This document shows positions 10,118 to 20,574 of a DNA stretch of 64,000 nucleotides, piece after piece. Source of the DNA: an uncultured Desulfatitalea sp. (GTDB lineage Bacteria; Desulfobacterota; Desulfobacteria; Desulfobacterales; Desulfosarcinaceae); assembly GCA_963668675.2 (NCBI GenBank), contig CAXXMB010000002.1:1728001-1792000 (forward strand), written 5' to 3'. Each line of letters begins with the position of its first letter. Positions within the stretch are counted from its first letter, which is position 1. The notes beneath the pieces were generated by a model, which saw only the letters and a program-made list of their open reading frames with translations, did not search any database and was not told the origin of the DNA. The position numbers and the translations under genes are program-made.

Positions 10118-10729
10118 GTGAAACTGCTTGCTATCGACAACTACGATTCGTTCACTTATAACCTGGTGCAGATGTTTCGCCAATATCCGCTCGAAGTACA
10201 GGTGTTCCGCAGCGACGCCATCTCCTTGGACGGTATCGAAGCACTGGCCCCGGACTACATCTTGATCAGCCCCGGCCCCAAAGACCCGGCACACGCTGGT
10301 ATCTCCAAGGATCTGATCCGCCACTGGTACCGGCGGGTGCCTATCCTTGGCGTCTGCCTCGGTATGCAGTGCCTCAACGAAGTGTTCGGCGGCCGAACCG
10401 TCCCGTCCCGGCAACCCATGCACGGAAAAACCAGTACGGTGACCCACTACGGGAAAAAACTCTTCCAGGGCCTGCCCAACCCCTTTCAAGCGGCCCGCTA
10501 CCACAGTCTGGCCGTCTCCCCAGATGCAGAAGCGCTCGAAGACGAGTTGACCATCTCCGCCCGCAGCGACGACTACACCATCATGGGCCTTTGCCACCAG
10601 CATTACCCGTTGTGCGGTGTACAGTTTCATCCGGAGAGCTTTCTCACCGAGCACGGGTTCGCCTTGGTGGAGAATTTTCTCAACCTCGGACCGATGGAAA
10701 ATTCCCATGAGCAACGCATCGATGCATAA
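10118..10729 (+). CDS. pabA: Aminodeoxychorismate/anthranilate synthase component II
   Basis: IDNYDSFTYNL, ISPGP, GVCLGMQ, RYHSL and GVQFHPES motifs. Confidence 0.93.
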   Translation: MKLLAIDNYDSFTYNLVQMFRQYPLEVQVFRSDAISLDGIEALAPDYILISPGPKDPAHAGISKDLIRHWYRRVPILGVCLGMQCLNEVFGGRTVPSRQPMHGKTSTVTHYGKKLFQGLPNPFQAARYHSLAVSPDAEALEDELTISARSDDYTIMGLCHQHYPLCGVQFHPESFLTEHGFALVENFLNLGPMENSHEQRIDA

Positions 10730-12974
10730 GCTGCCCCAGCCGGCCGCCACGCTGACCGGCGTGCATGTTCAACTCTACGACCTAAAGATACCGTTCATCG
10801 ATCTTGCAGCCCGCTTCGCTCACCTCCCCGGAACGGTTGTGCTGCTCAGCGGAGGCGACCAGGACAGCGCCCGCTACCATCTGCTCGGCATTGACCCCTG
10901 GATGACGATCCGGGGCCGTGCGGGCCGGACCGAAGTCGCCCTGGACGGCGCGAGCTATTATCAGGAAACATCACCGATCGATCTGCTGCGGGAGGTTGTC
11001 CAAACGGTCCACCTGCCGGATGAAGCGTGGCCTGTTCCCATCGCCGCCGGATTGATGGGGTATATGGCCTACGATCTCAAAGACGACCTGGAGCAGTTGC
11101 CCAGAACCAGTGTGGACGATATGCGCCTGCCCAGCATGGTGCTCTACGCTCCCTCCCTGTTGGTGGTGCACGATCGGCAAGACGACGCGACCCGGCTGAT
11201 GATACCGTTACGCCAGCAAGCTGGCACCGCCCCGGACCGAATCATCGAGGAGACCATCGATAGATTCGAAACGGCTGTGGCCAACCTGCCCGTGGAGAGT
11301 GAAGCCTTCACCATTCTGGGCGATGGGCCGACCCCCAACTTCACGGAGAAGCAGTACCGCAACGCCGTGCAACGGATCATCGATTACATCACCGCCGGCG
11401 ACGTCTACCAGGTCAACCTCTCCCAACGGTTCACCGTGCCCTTCCAGGGCAGCGCCTTCGCCTATTTCCGACGCCTCTTCGCACTCAACCCTGCCCCCTT
11501 CTTCGCCTATGTCCAGGCCGGCGACCACCACATCGTCTCAACATCGCCCGAACGGTTTTTGCTGCAGAACGGACGATCGGTCGAAACCCGCCCAATTAAA
11601 GGCACCCGTCCGCGCGGTGGTACGGCTGAAAAAGACGACGCCATGCGCCGGGAGCTGACCGAGAGCCCGAAGGACGACGCCGAGCTGTCGATGATCGTGG
11701 ATCTGCTGCGCAACGACATCGGCAAGGTGTGCCGGGCCGGTTCGGTGAAGGTTGCCGAACACAAGCGTCTCGAAGCCTACGAAAACGTCTACCACCTGGT
11801 CTCGATCATCAAAGGCGAACTCGATGAGGGCCAAAACAGCGCGGACCTGATCCGGGCCACCTTTCCGGGCGGCTCGATCACCGGTTGCCCCAAAGTGCGT
11901 GCCATGGAGATCATCGACGAACTGGAGCCGTGCCGGCGCCACGCGTACTGCGGCAGCATCGGCTACATCAGCTTTCACGACACCATGGACCTCTCCATCG
12001 CCATCCGCACGGCCACGGTTGTCGACGACACCCTCTGCTTCTCCGTGGGCGGCGGCATCGTCTTCGACTCCGACCCCCAGGCCGAATACGAAGAGACCCT
12101 TCACAAGGGCCGCACCCTGATGGCCGCCTGCCAGAACGAATGCATGATCGAGACGCCCAAGGAGATCGCCTGGTGCAACGGCAGACTGCTGCCGGCCGAG
12201 CAGACCTCCGTCTCCATCTCTGACCAGGGACTCCTCTATGGTCACGGCTTCTTTGAGACCATCCGCGTAGACAACGGGAAGGCGCCCCTGCTGGACGATC
12301 ACATAGAGCGCTTCGCCAACACCTGGCGCACCTTGATGCCCGACACCCCGCCCGACCTTAGCTGGGGAGAGATCATCGCCCAGGTCGTCGACGCCAACCA
12401 TCTTTCTGAAAAAAGCGCCGCCGTAAAAATCCTGATCACCCGGGGAAGCCGCACCCGCGCTCCATGGGACCACACCCTGCTCGTAACGGCACGCCCCTAC
12501 ACGCACCGGCTGGAGGCCACCGGAAAACCAGGCATTCACCTGGGCACCTATCCCCATCCGCGCCAAACCCCCCTGGCCGAGCATAAAACCCTCAACTACC
12601 TCTACTACCTGCGCGCAGGGCAATGGGCCCAGGCCAACGGCTACGACGAGGCGCTGATCCTCAACCCGGACGGCACCATCTCAGAGACCAACGCGGCCGC
12701 CCTTTTGCTGATCAACGGCCGCAACGTCATACGCCCAAGCTCTAAGGCGGTGCTGCCAAGCGTGATGGCCAAAGCCATCTGTCGATTGTTGGAGAAGTGG
12801 GGGTACACGATCTGCCAAAAGCCACTTCAACCCGAAATACTCCTTGAGGCTGAACAGGTGCTGCTCGCCAATGCCCTGATGGGGTCCGTGCCAGTCATAG
12901 CTGTGGATAACGCCGAACGGCCGACAGGCGGCGACCTTTGGCAAAAGATCAATGATTCTATCATCTTGCAATAG
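10707..12974 (+). CDS. pabB: Fused ADC synthase component I + class IV aminotransferase/ADC lyase
   Basis: SPERFL, TRPIKGT, MIVDLLRND, FPGGSITGCPK, followed by DQGLLYGHGFFET and HKTLNY. Confidence 0.92.
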   Translation: MSNASMHKLPQPAATLTGVHVQLYDLKIPFIDLAARFAHLPGTVVLLSGGDQDSARYHLLGIDPWMTIRGRAGRTEVALDGASYYQETSPIDLLREVVQTVHLPDEAWPVPIAAGLMGYMAYDLKDDLEQLPRTSVDDMRLPSMVLYAPSLLVVHDRQDDATRLMIPLRQQAGTAPDRIIEETIDRFETAVANLPVESEAFTILGDGPTPNFTEKQYRNAVQRIIDYITAGDVYQVNLSQRFTVPFQGSAFAYFRRLFALNPAPFFAYVQAGDHHIVSTSPERFLLQNGRSVETRPIKGTRPRGGTAEKDDAMRRELTESPKDDAELSMIVDLLRNDIGKVCRAGSVKVAEHKRLEAYENVYHLVSIIKGELDEGQNSADLIRATFPGGSITGCPKVRAMEIIDELEPCRRHAYCGSIGYISFHDTMDLSIAIRTATVVDDTLCFSVGGGIVFDSDPQAEYEETLHKGRTLMAACQNECMIETPKEIAWCNGRLLPAEQTSVSISDQGLLYGHGFFETIRVDNGKAPLLDDHIERFANTWRTLMPDTPPDLSWGEIIAQVVDANHLSEKSAAVKILITRGSRTRAPWDHTLLVTARPYTHRLEATGKPGIHLGTYPHPRQTPLAEHKTLNYLYYLRAGQWAQANGYDEALILNPDGTISETNAAALLLINGRNVIRPSSKAVLPSVMAKAICRLLEKWGYTICQKPLQPEILLEAEQVLLANALMGSVPVIAVDNAERPTGGDLWQKINDSIILQ

Positions 12975-13095
12975 AAGAAGTTTCCTCGTAATCGCAATAG
13001 GTAAAATCTCTGATCTGGAAAAATTAAATGAATCGCTGCTTCCATTGAATTCAAGACCAATTTCATCTGTTCAACCTGCCCCGCATCACTCATAG

Positions 13096-13125
13096 TTGAC
13101 AATGTTGAGTTGAAATACTTAGTAT
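13096..13125 (+). promoter_or_regulatory. Possible sigma-70 promoter upstream of the desaturase
   Basis: TTGACA-N18-TAGTAT in an AT-rich intergenic region. Confidence 0.4.
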
Positions 13126-13270
13126 AAATGCACAATCACAGTAATGCGGCAGAGAAATAAAGCCTACAACCCCTGGCCGAGGCTCTGGTTTTCAAGTCCG
13201 CTTTGAACGCCATCATTTTTCAGCAAAGCGATGGACAATGTCCGGAAGGGAGGATCGATAAGACGGAGGA

Positions 13271-14308
13271 TTGAAAATGGTTGTAACCGAATCGGAGAGA
13301 GTCGACCGCAAATCAACATCGAAAGGACATGGGCGAATTTGGCCCGACTGGTATCCTGAATTGACAGCATTCCGGCATTCCACAGGCTGGAAAGCTGCCT
13401 GGCAGCTGTTGAACACCTTAGTCCCATATTGTATTCTTTGGTACCTGATGATCCGGTCAATTCAATTCGGCTATGCATACGCACTGACCCTCATCCTCGC
13501 CCTGCCTGCAGCTGCTTTCCTAGTTCGATTATTCATTCTTTTTCACGACTGTGTCCACGGTTCGTTGTTCAAGTGGAAAGGCGCCAACACCTTTTGGGGT
13601 TATCTCCTCGGCGTCGCCGTGTTTACCTCTTTTGAAGATTGGCGATTTGCCCACCTTCGACATCACGTGACATATGCGAATCTCGATACGCGCGGATTTG
13701 GTGATATTTGGACGATGACATTAAAGGAGTATGAAAAGTCACCGTGGCAGAAACGATGGCAGTACAGGCTGTACCGTAACCCAGTGGTGATGATCGGACT
13801 GGGCGCACTGTTCACTTTTCTACTCGGAAACCGGCTTCCGACGCGAAAAGTGAAGCGCAAGGAACGCATGAGCGTAGTTTTTACAAACCTGCTCATTGTC
13901 GCAGTGGTACTGGTTGCTGACCGGTTTATTGGATGGCGAACATACCTGCTCATTCAATTGCCTGTCTTTTGGCTTGCGGGCGCGGCGGGCGTCTGGCTGT
14001 TTTATGTGCAGCATCAGTTCCCAGGTGTCTATTGGGCGCGCAAAGCGGAATGGAAGCCTTTGCGTGCCGCCATGGAAGGCAGTTCATTTTATAAATTACC
14101 GACTTTGCTACGATGGTTTTCAGGCAACATCGGTTACCACCATGTGCACCATTTAAGCCCCAGAATCCCAAACTACCATCTGAAGAAGTGTTACGCTGCC
14201 GTTCCGGCCCTGAAGGCCAAAGCACCTCTGACAATTGCCAATAGTCTTGCTTGTGTTCGACTGAAACTTTGGGATGAGGATCGCAAGCGGATGGTCGCAT
14301 TCCCTTGA
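13271..14308 (+). CDS. Membrane fatty acid desaturase
   Basis: Three His boxes HDCVH, HLRHH and HHVHH plus YVQH; GGAGG SD. Confidence 0.92.
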   Translation: MKMVVTESERVDRKSTSKGHGRIWPDWYPELTAFRHSTGWKAAWQLLNTLVPYCILWYLMIRSIQFGYAYALTLILALPAAAFLVRLFILFHDCVHGSLFKWKGANTFWGYLLGVAVFTSFEDWRFAHLRHHVTYANLDTRGFGDIWTMTLKEYEKSPWQKRWQYRLYRNPVVMIGLGALFTFLLGNRLPTRKVKRKERMSVVFTNLLIVAVVLVADRFIGWRTYLLIQLPVFWLAGAAGVWLFYVQHQFPGVYWARKAEWKPLRAAMEGSSFYKLPTLLRWFSGNIGYHHVHHLSPRIPNYHLKKCYAAVPALKAKAPLTIANSLACVRLKLWDEDRKRMVAFP

Positions 14309-14578
14309 GAAGATCATCAGACACTAAAAAATATGGGAAATGACAATTTTAATGCGGCCAAGGGCGAGATCAAAAAGCATTCAACCGCAAGCATTGCCAA
14401 GAATGAAGATTACCTTTAGAATTCCAAAAGGCTGAAACGCAACGGCACGCCTTGTTAGACGCCTGACATGTCGCCCGCTTTGGATAGGTATGGAAAAGCG
14501 TTGATGAGGTTCATATCTTCTGAGCCTGCCGATACATGAGCCATGTAACGAACAGGTGCAAATCAGAGAGGAGGTTTC

Positions 14579-16096
14579 TTGGTCTCTGTCCAGACAGCAA
14601 TCATCATTCTTGTATTTTTCTGTGTCGTCGTGACCCTGTTTATGGTTGGGTTGTTCATCCAGCGGTGGAGGCACGGAAAGGCGCAAGCGCAGTCGAGCAA
14701 AAGTGAAGAACGCAGTCTTGTTGCGCTTGAGAGTTCTACTGACGGCCTCTGGGACTGGGATATCCTTTTAGACACCGTCGTCTACTCGAGTCGTTTCCGG
14801 GATATCCTTGGGGTTTCAGCAGAGGAGTTTCCAGGAACCATGACATCTTTCCGCAGTCACCTTCATCCTGAGGATGCCGAACCGACATGGACGGCCATCG
14901 AACGCCATCTCAACGAGCGTGTCCCCTTCAATGTTGAATACCGTCTGCGCACAGCATCAGGCACCTACCTTTGGTTTCTCGCACGCGGTCAGGCAGTGTG
15001 GGATGCTGAGGGAAGTCCTGTACGCATGACCGGGTGGATTCAGGACATCACCAAAAACAAACAACGCGAGCTTAGGCTTAATACAGCGCTTTCCGAAATC
15101 AACGGGTTGAAAACCAAACTAGAGGCCGAGAGAGCGTATCTGCAAGACGAAATCAAGTTCCATTACAACCATGAGAACATCATCGGTACGAGCGAAGGGC
15201 TTGCCTATGTGCTTTATAAAATTGAACAAATTGCAGCCAGCGACACCACGGTTCTTGTTCTGGGAGAGACCGGAACCGGCAAAGAGCTGGTCGCCCGGGC
15301 CATTCACAGCTTAAGCCTCCGTAAAGACAAGGCATTGGTAAAACTGAACTGCGCCGCACTGCCCTCAAACCTCATCGAAAGCGAGCTGTTCGGCCATGAA
15401 AAAGGCGCTTTCACTGGTGCCCATACCAGGCAGTTGGGACGGTTCGAAGTTGCCCATGGCGCCTCCATTTTTTTGGATGAGATCGGCGAACTGCCCCTGG
15501 AACTTCAGCCCAAGCTGCTCAGGGTGATCCAGGATGGCGAGTTTGAAAGGCTGGGCAGTGCCCAAACCATCAAAGTCGATGTGCGGGTGATAGCTGCCAC
15601 AAACCGTCAGCTGGAAGAGGAGGTCCGCAAGGGACGCTTTCGGGAGGATCTGTGGTACCGGCTGAATATCTTTCCGATTACCGTGCCCCCGCTGCGAGAA
15701 CGCAGGGAGGATATCCCCCTTCTTGTGGATTATTTTGTTAATGAAATTTCCAAACGGATTGGCAAGTCCATCAAGTCCATCCCGGCAGGTGTCATGGACA
15801 CCCTGCAGAATTACCACTGGCCAGGCAATATCCGCGAGCTTGAAAACGTTCTCGAGAGAGCGGTGATCAACTCTTCGGGGCCCAAACTGCACCTGGTGGA
15901 TGAACTGAAAAAACCCAAAACATATTCAGCCATCGCCAAGCAAACAATTGCTGATGTGGAACGGGAGTATATTGTTCGGGTGCTCGAGCAAACGAACTGG
16001 AAAGTGAGCGGCAAAGACAGTGCGTCCGAAATCCTCGGTCTTGACCGCAGTACCTTGCGTGCCCGAATGCAAAAACTCGGCATTAAAAAACCTTAG
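14579..16096 (+). CDS. Sigma-54 enhancer-binding protein with N-terminal TM helix and PAS domain
   Basis: TM helix, PAS (DGLWDWD...HPED), GETGTGKE, ESELFGHEKGAFTGA, C-terminal Fis-type HTH; AGGAGG before TTG. Confidence 0.95.
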   Translation: MVSVQTAIIILVFFCVVVTLFMVGLFIQRWRHGKAQAQSSKSEERSLVALESSTDGLWDWDILLDTVVYSSRFRDILGVSAEEFPGTMTSFRSHLHPEDAEPTWTAIERHLNERVPFNVEYRLRTASGTYLWFLARGQAVWDAEGSPVRMTGWIQDITKNKQRELRLNTALSEINGLKTKLEAERAYLQDEIKFHYNHENIIGTSEGLAYVLYKIEQIAASDTTVLVLGETGTGKELVARAIHSLSLRKDKALVKLNCAALPSNLIESELFGHEKGAFTGAHTRQLGRFEVAHGASIFLDEIGELPLELQPKLLRVIQDGEFERLGSAQTIKVDVRVIAATNRQLEEEVRKGRFREDLWYRLNIFPITVPPLRERREDIPLLVDYFVNEISKRIGKSIKSIPAGVMDTLQNYHWPGNIRELENVLERAVINSSGPKLHLVDELKKPKTYSAIAKQTIADVEREYIVRVLEQTNWKVSGKDSASEILGLDRSTLRARMQKLGIKKP

Positions 16097-16228
16097 TTTT
16101 ATGCCAGTTCCAGTTGCCTTTGCGTCGTCCTCCGAAGCAGGCCACACGGACAAACCGGTCTAAAACCGCTTTCATCCATTTCCTTTCCTCAAGCGTCGCC
16201 CTGACATAGCGCATAAGCCACATAACGA

Positions 16229-16375
16229 GGTCATATATAACCACTGGTTAAATATGACCCGACTTATCCCCCTGCACAGACCTCCCTTTGCTGTCATACA
16301 AATTTCCAATTCTCTTTGAAAATCAAAATGATGCGCAACACAAATGAATTATGTGAACCCCGGCATGGAATTTGA
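16229..16375 (+). promoter_or_regulatory. Sigma-54 promoter module copy 1 (palindromic UAS, IHF-like site, -24/-12)
   Basis: GGTCATATATAACCACTGGTTAAATATGACC 16229-16259; AATCAAAATGATG 16321; CGGCATGGAATTTGA with GG at 16362. Confidence 0.8.
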
Positions 16376-16521
16376 TTAGACTGGTGATAGGGCTTAGTGG
16401 CCAAATGAACGACTAAAAATGCCCATGCTATAGCAGGCGTATAGACCCTCTCCTCTTTGTTGCTGCCTTCTAAAAGAAACATTGCCATCTTCATCCGTCA
16501 CTAACCGAAAGCAGGAGTCGC

Positions 16522-16755
16522 ATGGTGAAAAAGCTAATTGAAATCATTGCACAGGCCCTGGTGGACCAACCTGAATTTGTAACCGTTTCAGAAATTGTTG
16601 GGGCGCACACGTCCATATTGGAACTTAAAGTCGCCAACGCAGACATTGGAAAGGTCATCGGCAAGCAGGGCCGCACGGCTGGTGCCCTGCGGACCATATT
16701 AAATGCTGTTTCGGCTAAGGAAAAAAAACGAACCATGCTGGAGATTGTGGAATGA
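16522..16755 (+). CDS. khpA: KH-domain RNA-binding protein (KhpA/UPF0109)
   Basis: DIGKVIGKQGRTAGALRTIL; 77 aa. Confidence 0.92.
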   Translation: MVKKLIEIIAQALVDQPEFVTVSEIVGAHTSILELKVANADIGKVIGKQGRTAGALRTILNAVSAKEKKRTMLEIVE

Positions 16756-16791
16756 CATTCAAAAGCCGGGCTTTTCATAAGGGAGGGCACA

Positions 16792-17124
16792 ATGATCATC
16801 GTTAGAATCACCATGAATGTGCGTCCGGAAAAGCATCTGGAGGTGATGCAAACCCTTCTCTCAATGATCGATCCATCGGGGAAGGAATCGGGTTGCCTGA
16901 ACTATGCCGTCTTTTGCAGTATCGAAGACCACAACTGTTTCAGCCTGCTGGAGGAGTGGGAAACCCGCGAAGATCTCGACCGCCATATCAGGTCCCATCG
17001 ATTCGAGGTGTTATTAGGAACAAAGGCACTTTTATGCCAACCGTTGGAAGTTCAAATACACACGATTGACCAATCTGAAGGAATGGAGGCCATCCATTCA
17101 GCCAGAGCAGGAAAAGCCAATTGA
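16792..17124 (+). CDS. Antibiotic biosynthesis monooxygenase (ABM) family protein
   Basis: ESGCLNY...LLEEWETREDLDRHIRS pattern. Confidence 0.85.
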   Translation: MIIVRITMNVRPEKHLEVMQTLLSMIDPSGKESGCLNYAVFCSIEDHNCFSLLEEWETREDLDRHIRSHRFEVLLGTKALLCQPLEVQIHTIDQSEGMEAIHSARAGKAN

Positions 17125-17145
17125 ATCTAAAAGGAGCTTTATCAA

Positions 17146-18624
17146 ATGAACGTTCTACTTGTTTATCCCAAGTTTCCAGATACGTTTTGGTCGTTTTCTT
17201 ATGCCTTGCGTTTCATCGGAAAAAAAGCGGCCTTCCCACCGCTTGGCCTGATCACTGTCGCGGCTTTGCTTCCTGAACAATTTCAAAAGCGTCTCGTCGA
17301 TTTAAACGTGGCGGGCCTGAGCGACGACGACCTTTTGTGGGCCGATATGGTCTTTATCAGCGCAATGGCGCTTCAACGCCAATCGGCTGTCGATATCATT
17401 GATCGCTGTAAGGGCCGGGGGTTGAAAATCGTTGCCGGCGGGCCGCTGTTTACCGCCGAACCGGACGCCTTCGAGCAGGTGGATCACCTGGTTTTGGATG
17501 AGGCCGAGCTTACCCTCCCGGCATTTATTGAGGACGTCAACGACGGATGCCCGCAAAGAATATACCGGGCAAAAGGGTATCCGGATTTGCACAAGACCCC
17601 CATTCCTTTATGGCACCTGATTCCAATACGTCGCTATGCATCTTTGAACATTCAGTATTCGCGGGGGTGCCCATTTAACTGTGAGTTTTGCAATATTACG
17701 ACACTATTCGGCAGGACGCCGCGTACGAAATCGCCGGAACAGATCCTCGCGGAGTTGGACGCAATTTATCAGACGGGTTGGCGCGGCAACATCTTTTTTG
17801 TGGACGACAATTTTATCGGCAACAAAAACGCACTTAAAAAGTATTTGCTTCCGGCCCTGATCGAATGGCGCAAGGATAAAAAAGGATGTGTCTTTTTCAC
17901 GGAAGCCTCCATCAACCTGGCCGATGACCCGGAACTCATGACCATGATGGCCCAGGCCGGGTTCGATTCCGTTTTTATCGGGATCGAATCGCCCGAGGAG
18001 AACAGCCTTGCTGAATGCCGCAAGGTGCACAATAAAAACAGGGACATGGTGCAGGATGTCAAAAAAATTCACCGGTCCGGGCTGCAAGTCATGGGCGGAT
18101 TTATCGTGGGGTTCGACAGCGACCCGCCCTCGATCTTTCAACGGCAAATCGATTTTATTCAGAAAAGCGGCATCGTAACTGCCATGGTCGGTCTGCTTCA
18201 GGCCCCACCGGGAACCCGCTTGTATGAACGTCTTGCGAGTGAACAACGCGTCTCCAAAGATTTTTCAGGTGATAATGTGGATGGCCGGACCAATATCATC
18301 CCGACCATGGGCCTGGAAAGCCTGATCAATGGATATCGTGCGATCATGAAACAGATCTATTCTCCACGTAGATACTACCAGCGGATTAGACGCATTTTAA
18401 GGGATCTCAAAGCACCGGTGGCGACGACGCCTGTGGATTTTCAACGGTTCCTCGCTTTTTTCCGCGCAGGCCTGAGGCTGGGGTTATTCGGAAAGGAAAG
18501 GTACCAATACTGGTATCTGTTAATGTGGACAATAACGCGAAGGCCCAGGCTGATGCCGTTGGCGGTGACCCTGGCAATCTACGGATACCACTACCGGAAA
18601 ATTTGCGACTTATACATTCTTTAA
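17146..18624 (+). CDS. B12-binding radical SAM protein (DUF4070-type)
   Basis: N-terminal cobalamin-binding domain (PPLGLITVAA, VAGGP); SRGCPFNCEFC. Confidence 0.92.
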   Translation: MNVLLVYPKFPDTFWSFSYALRFIGKKAAFPPLGLITVAALLPEQFQKRLVDLNVAGLSDDDLLWADMVFISAMALQRQSAVDIIDRCKGRGLKIVAGGPLFTAEPDAFEQVDHLVLDEAELTLPAFIEDVNDGCPQRIYRAKGYPDLHKTPIPLWHLIPIRRYASLNIQYSRGCPFNCEFCNITTLFGRTPRTKSPEQILAELDAIYQTGWRGNIFFVDDNFIGNKNALKKYLLPALIEWRKDKKGCVFFTEASINLADDPELMTMMAQAGFDSVFIGIESPEENSLAECRKVHNKNRDMVQDVKKIHRSGLQVMGGFIVGFDSDPPSIFQRQIDFIQKSGIVTAMVGLLQAPPGTRLYERLASEQRVSKDFSGDNVDGRTNIIPTMGLESLINGYRAIMKQIYSPRRYYQRIRRILRDLKAPVATTPVDFQRFLAFFRAGLRLGLFGKERYQYWYLLMWTITRRPRLMPLAVTLAIYGYHYRKICDLYIL

Positions 18625-18653
18625 GAAAATACATTTCTGAGAAAGTTGGAGAT

Positions 18654-19895
18654 ATGGGATATCGCAAGGATATTGCTGATAGAGAAGAGATCAAACTCGC
18701 TTCGAATCCAGCCGTGGACGTATTGAAGGCTTCCGAGGAGCGTTACCGCAGACTGTTCGAAACGGCCCAGGACGGCATTTTGATCATCGACGCCGATAGC
18801 GGACAGATCACCGACGTGAACCCATTTCTGGCGGACATGTTAGGTTATGTCCGCGAAGATTTTGTCGGCAAGTCGCTTTGGAGCTTCGGCCCGTTCAAAG
18901 ATATCCGGGCAAGCAAATCTGCTTTTCAGGAGTTAATCAGCAACGGCTATATCCGTTACGAGCATCTACCCCTGGAAACCAGAACTGGGCAGTGCATCGA
19001 GGTGGAGTTCATCAGCAATGTCTATCCGGTCGGCCAAAAGCGAACCATCCAATGCAATATCCGCGACTACTCACAACGCAAGCATGCGGAAGAGGCCAGT
19101 CTCATCATTGAAACACAGCTCAAACAGGCTCAAAAAATGGCCGCCGTCTCCACATTGGCTGGCGGGATTGCCCATCAGTTCAACAATGCCCTCACTGTCA
19201 TCACGGGCGGACTGGATTTGCTTGAAGCGAATGGATGTAGGCAAGACCCGGCCGGGTATGTTGATCACATGAAAAGCGCTACCGACCGAATGACCCGGAT
19301 TATCCGAGAGCTTTTGGCTTATGCCAGGGGCGGAAAATACAACATCGAAAAGATCTCCCTGAGCGATTTGGTAAAGGATAGCCTGCCATTGATCATGTCG
19401 GTCTTGAAGCCGTCCATCGCCATTGAAACCGAGCTGCCTTCAGGTTTGCCGGAAATATACGCCGACAGAAATCAGATGCAAATGGCGTTGCTTGCCATCT
19501 TGTCGAATGCATCGGAGGCAATCGACACACAGGGGCATATCCGGATCATCTGCCGCGAGGATGCAATGGACGAAGAAAGCGTTAAGGCTTTTGCCGGATT
19601 AGCGCCCGGCATCTATACCAGCTTGACGGTAGAGGATAACGGCGAGGGGATGAATGAGGAAACAGTCAGTCGGGTGTTTGAACCCTTTTTCACGACCCAT
19701 TTTCAAGGACGCGGGCTGGGTATGGCTGCGGTTTATGGAACCGTGAAGAACCACGACGGCTGGATCTCCGTAAAATCGCAAGAAAATCAGGGAACAGTGG
19801 TGTGCATCTATTTGCCTGCTGCTGATACGAAGGTAGAGATCGCAATTCAGTCTCAAGTACCGATCCTAATCGCCCAGCAGGGCTCATCTTTCTAG
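18654..19895 (+). CDS. PAS sensor histidine kinase without receiver domain
   Basis: PAS (RLFETAQDGILI), H-box GGIAHQFNN, NASEA, DNGEGM, FEPFFTT, GLGM. Confidence 0.9.
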   Translation: MGYRKDIADREEIKLASNPAVDVLKASEERYRRLFETAQDGILIIDADSGQITDVNPFLADMLGYVREDFVGKSLWSFGPFKDIRASKSAFQELISNGYIRYEHLPLETRTGQCIEVEFISNVYPVGQKRTIQCNIRDYSQRKHAEEASLIIETQLKQAQKMAAVSTLAGGIAHQFNNALTVITGGLDLLEANGCRQDPAGYVDHMKSATDRMTRIIRELLAYARGGKYNIEKISLSDLVKDSLPLIMSVLKPSIAIETELPSGLPEIYADRNQMQMALLAILSNASEAIDTQGHIRIICREDAMDEESVKAFAGLAPGIYTSLTVEDNGEGMNEETVSRVFEPFFTTHFQGRGLGMAAVYGTVKNHDGWISVKSQENQGTVVCIYLPAADTKVEIAIQSQVPILIAQQGSSF

Positions 19896-20158
19896 CTGAA
19901 GATACCACATCCCCATGTGCCTCATTGTGTTGCGTTGATCTGAAGCGGCCCAAATTCTACCATGTTAAGCTGAGAATCGCCGAGGCGCTACAGGGAAAGC
20001 GCATCATTCTGCTACCGGTGTCGGAGGGGGGGGGATGAATCTCACAAGACCACCGACATCAACCGGCTGATTGAAACAATGGGCGTTAAAGCGCTGTCCG
20101 ATGCGAAATGACGGCAGTGGTAAGGGGAAAAATCTAAATAACAGTGAAGGGAGACACC

Positions 20159-20461
20159 ATGACCACAAACCTGAAATCCAAGAATATCGAGGAAATTTTA
20201 TCCGAGGCCGATGAACTTATTCGGCAGATCAAGTCCGATGCCAGCAAAGATATCGAAGAACAGCATCGCGTGCAGATTGAAAAACACGCGCAACACTTAA
20301 AAAAGATCAAGTCCGAGGTTCAAGCCAAGCTCAAGGGAAAAGAAAAATTCAAATTTAGCGACAGCGCCGAGGGAATGCACGAGGCATTCCAGGATATTAC
20401 AAAGGCCATGGGGCAGTTGAAGAAATATCTCTCCGGAGATCGACCAGACGATGTTGAATAA
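20159..20461 (+). CDS. Hypothetical helical protein
   Basis: AGGGAG SD; 100 aa charged, coiled-coil-like. Confidence 0.75.
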   Translation: MTTNLKSKNIEEILSEADELIRQIKSDASKDIEEQHRVQIEKHAQHLKKIKSEVQAKLKGKEKFKFSDSAEGMHEAFQDITKAMGQLKKYLSGDRPDDVE

Positions 20462-20574
20462 AGGACTCATTAAAAAAGACCCGGCTCTAAAGCAGCGCGT
20501 CGGAAAGGACGTATTGACATGCCGCACGTGTAAAAGGGCATGGGACGTCATCGCAGAAAAACAGGAAAATAAAA

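Noticed and set aside
12989..13000. TAATCGCAATAG repeated at ~59964 as a possible island att site
   Set aside because: Only 12 bp, no integrase or tRNA, and island genes continue past the second copy
14430..14462. GCCTTGTTAGAC resembling an attC R' end
   Set aside because: No matching R'' arm or palindrome found upstream
20026..20034. G9 run (and G8 at 35553-35560 in cgs) as phase-variation tracts
   Set aside because: Short; the first is intergenic with no clear promoter link and the second leaves the frame intact
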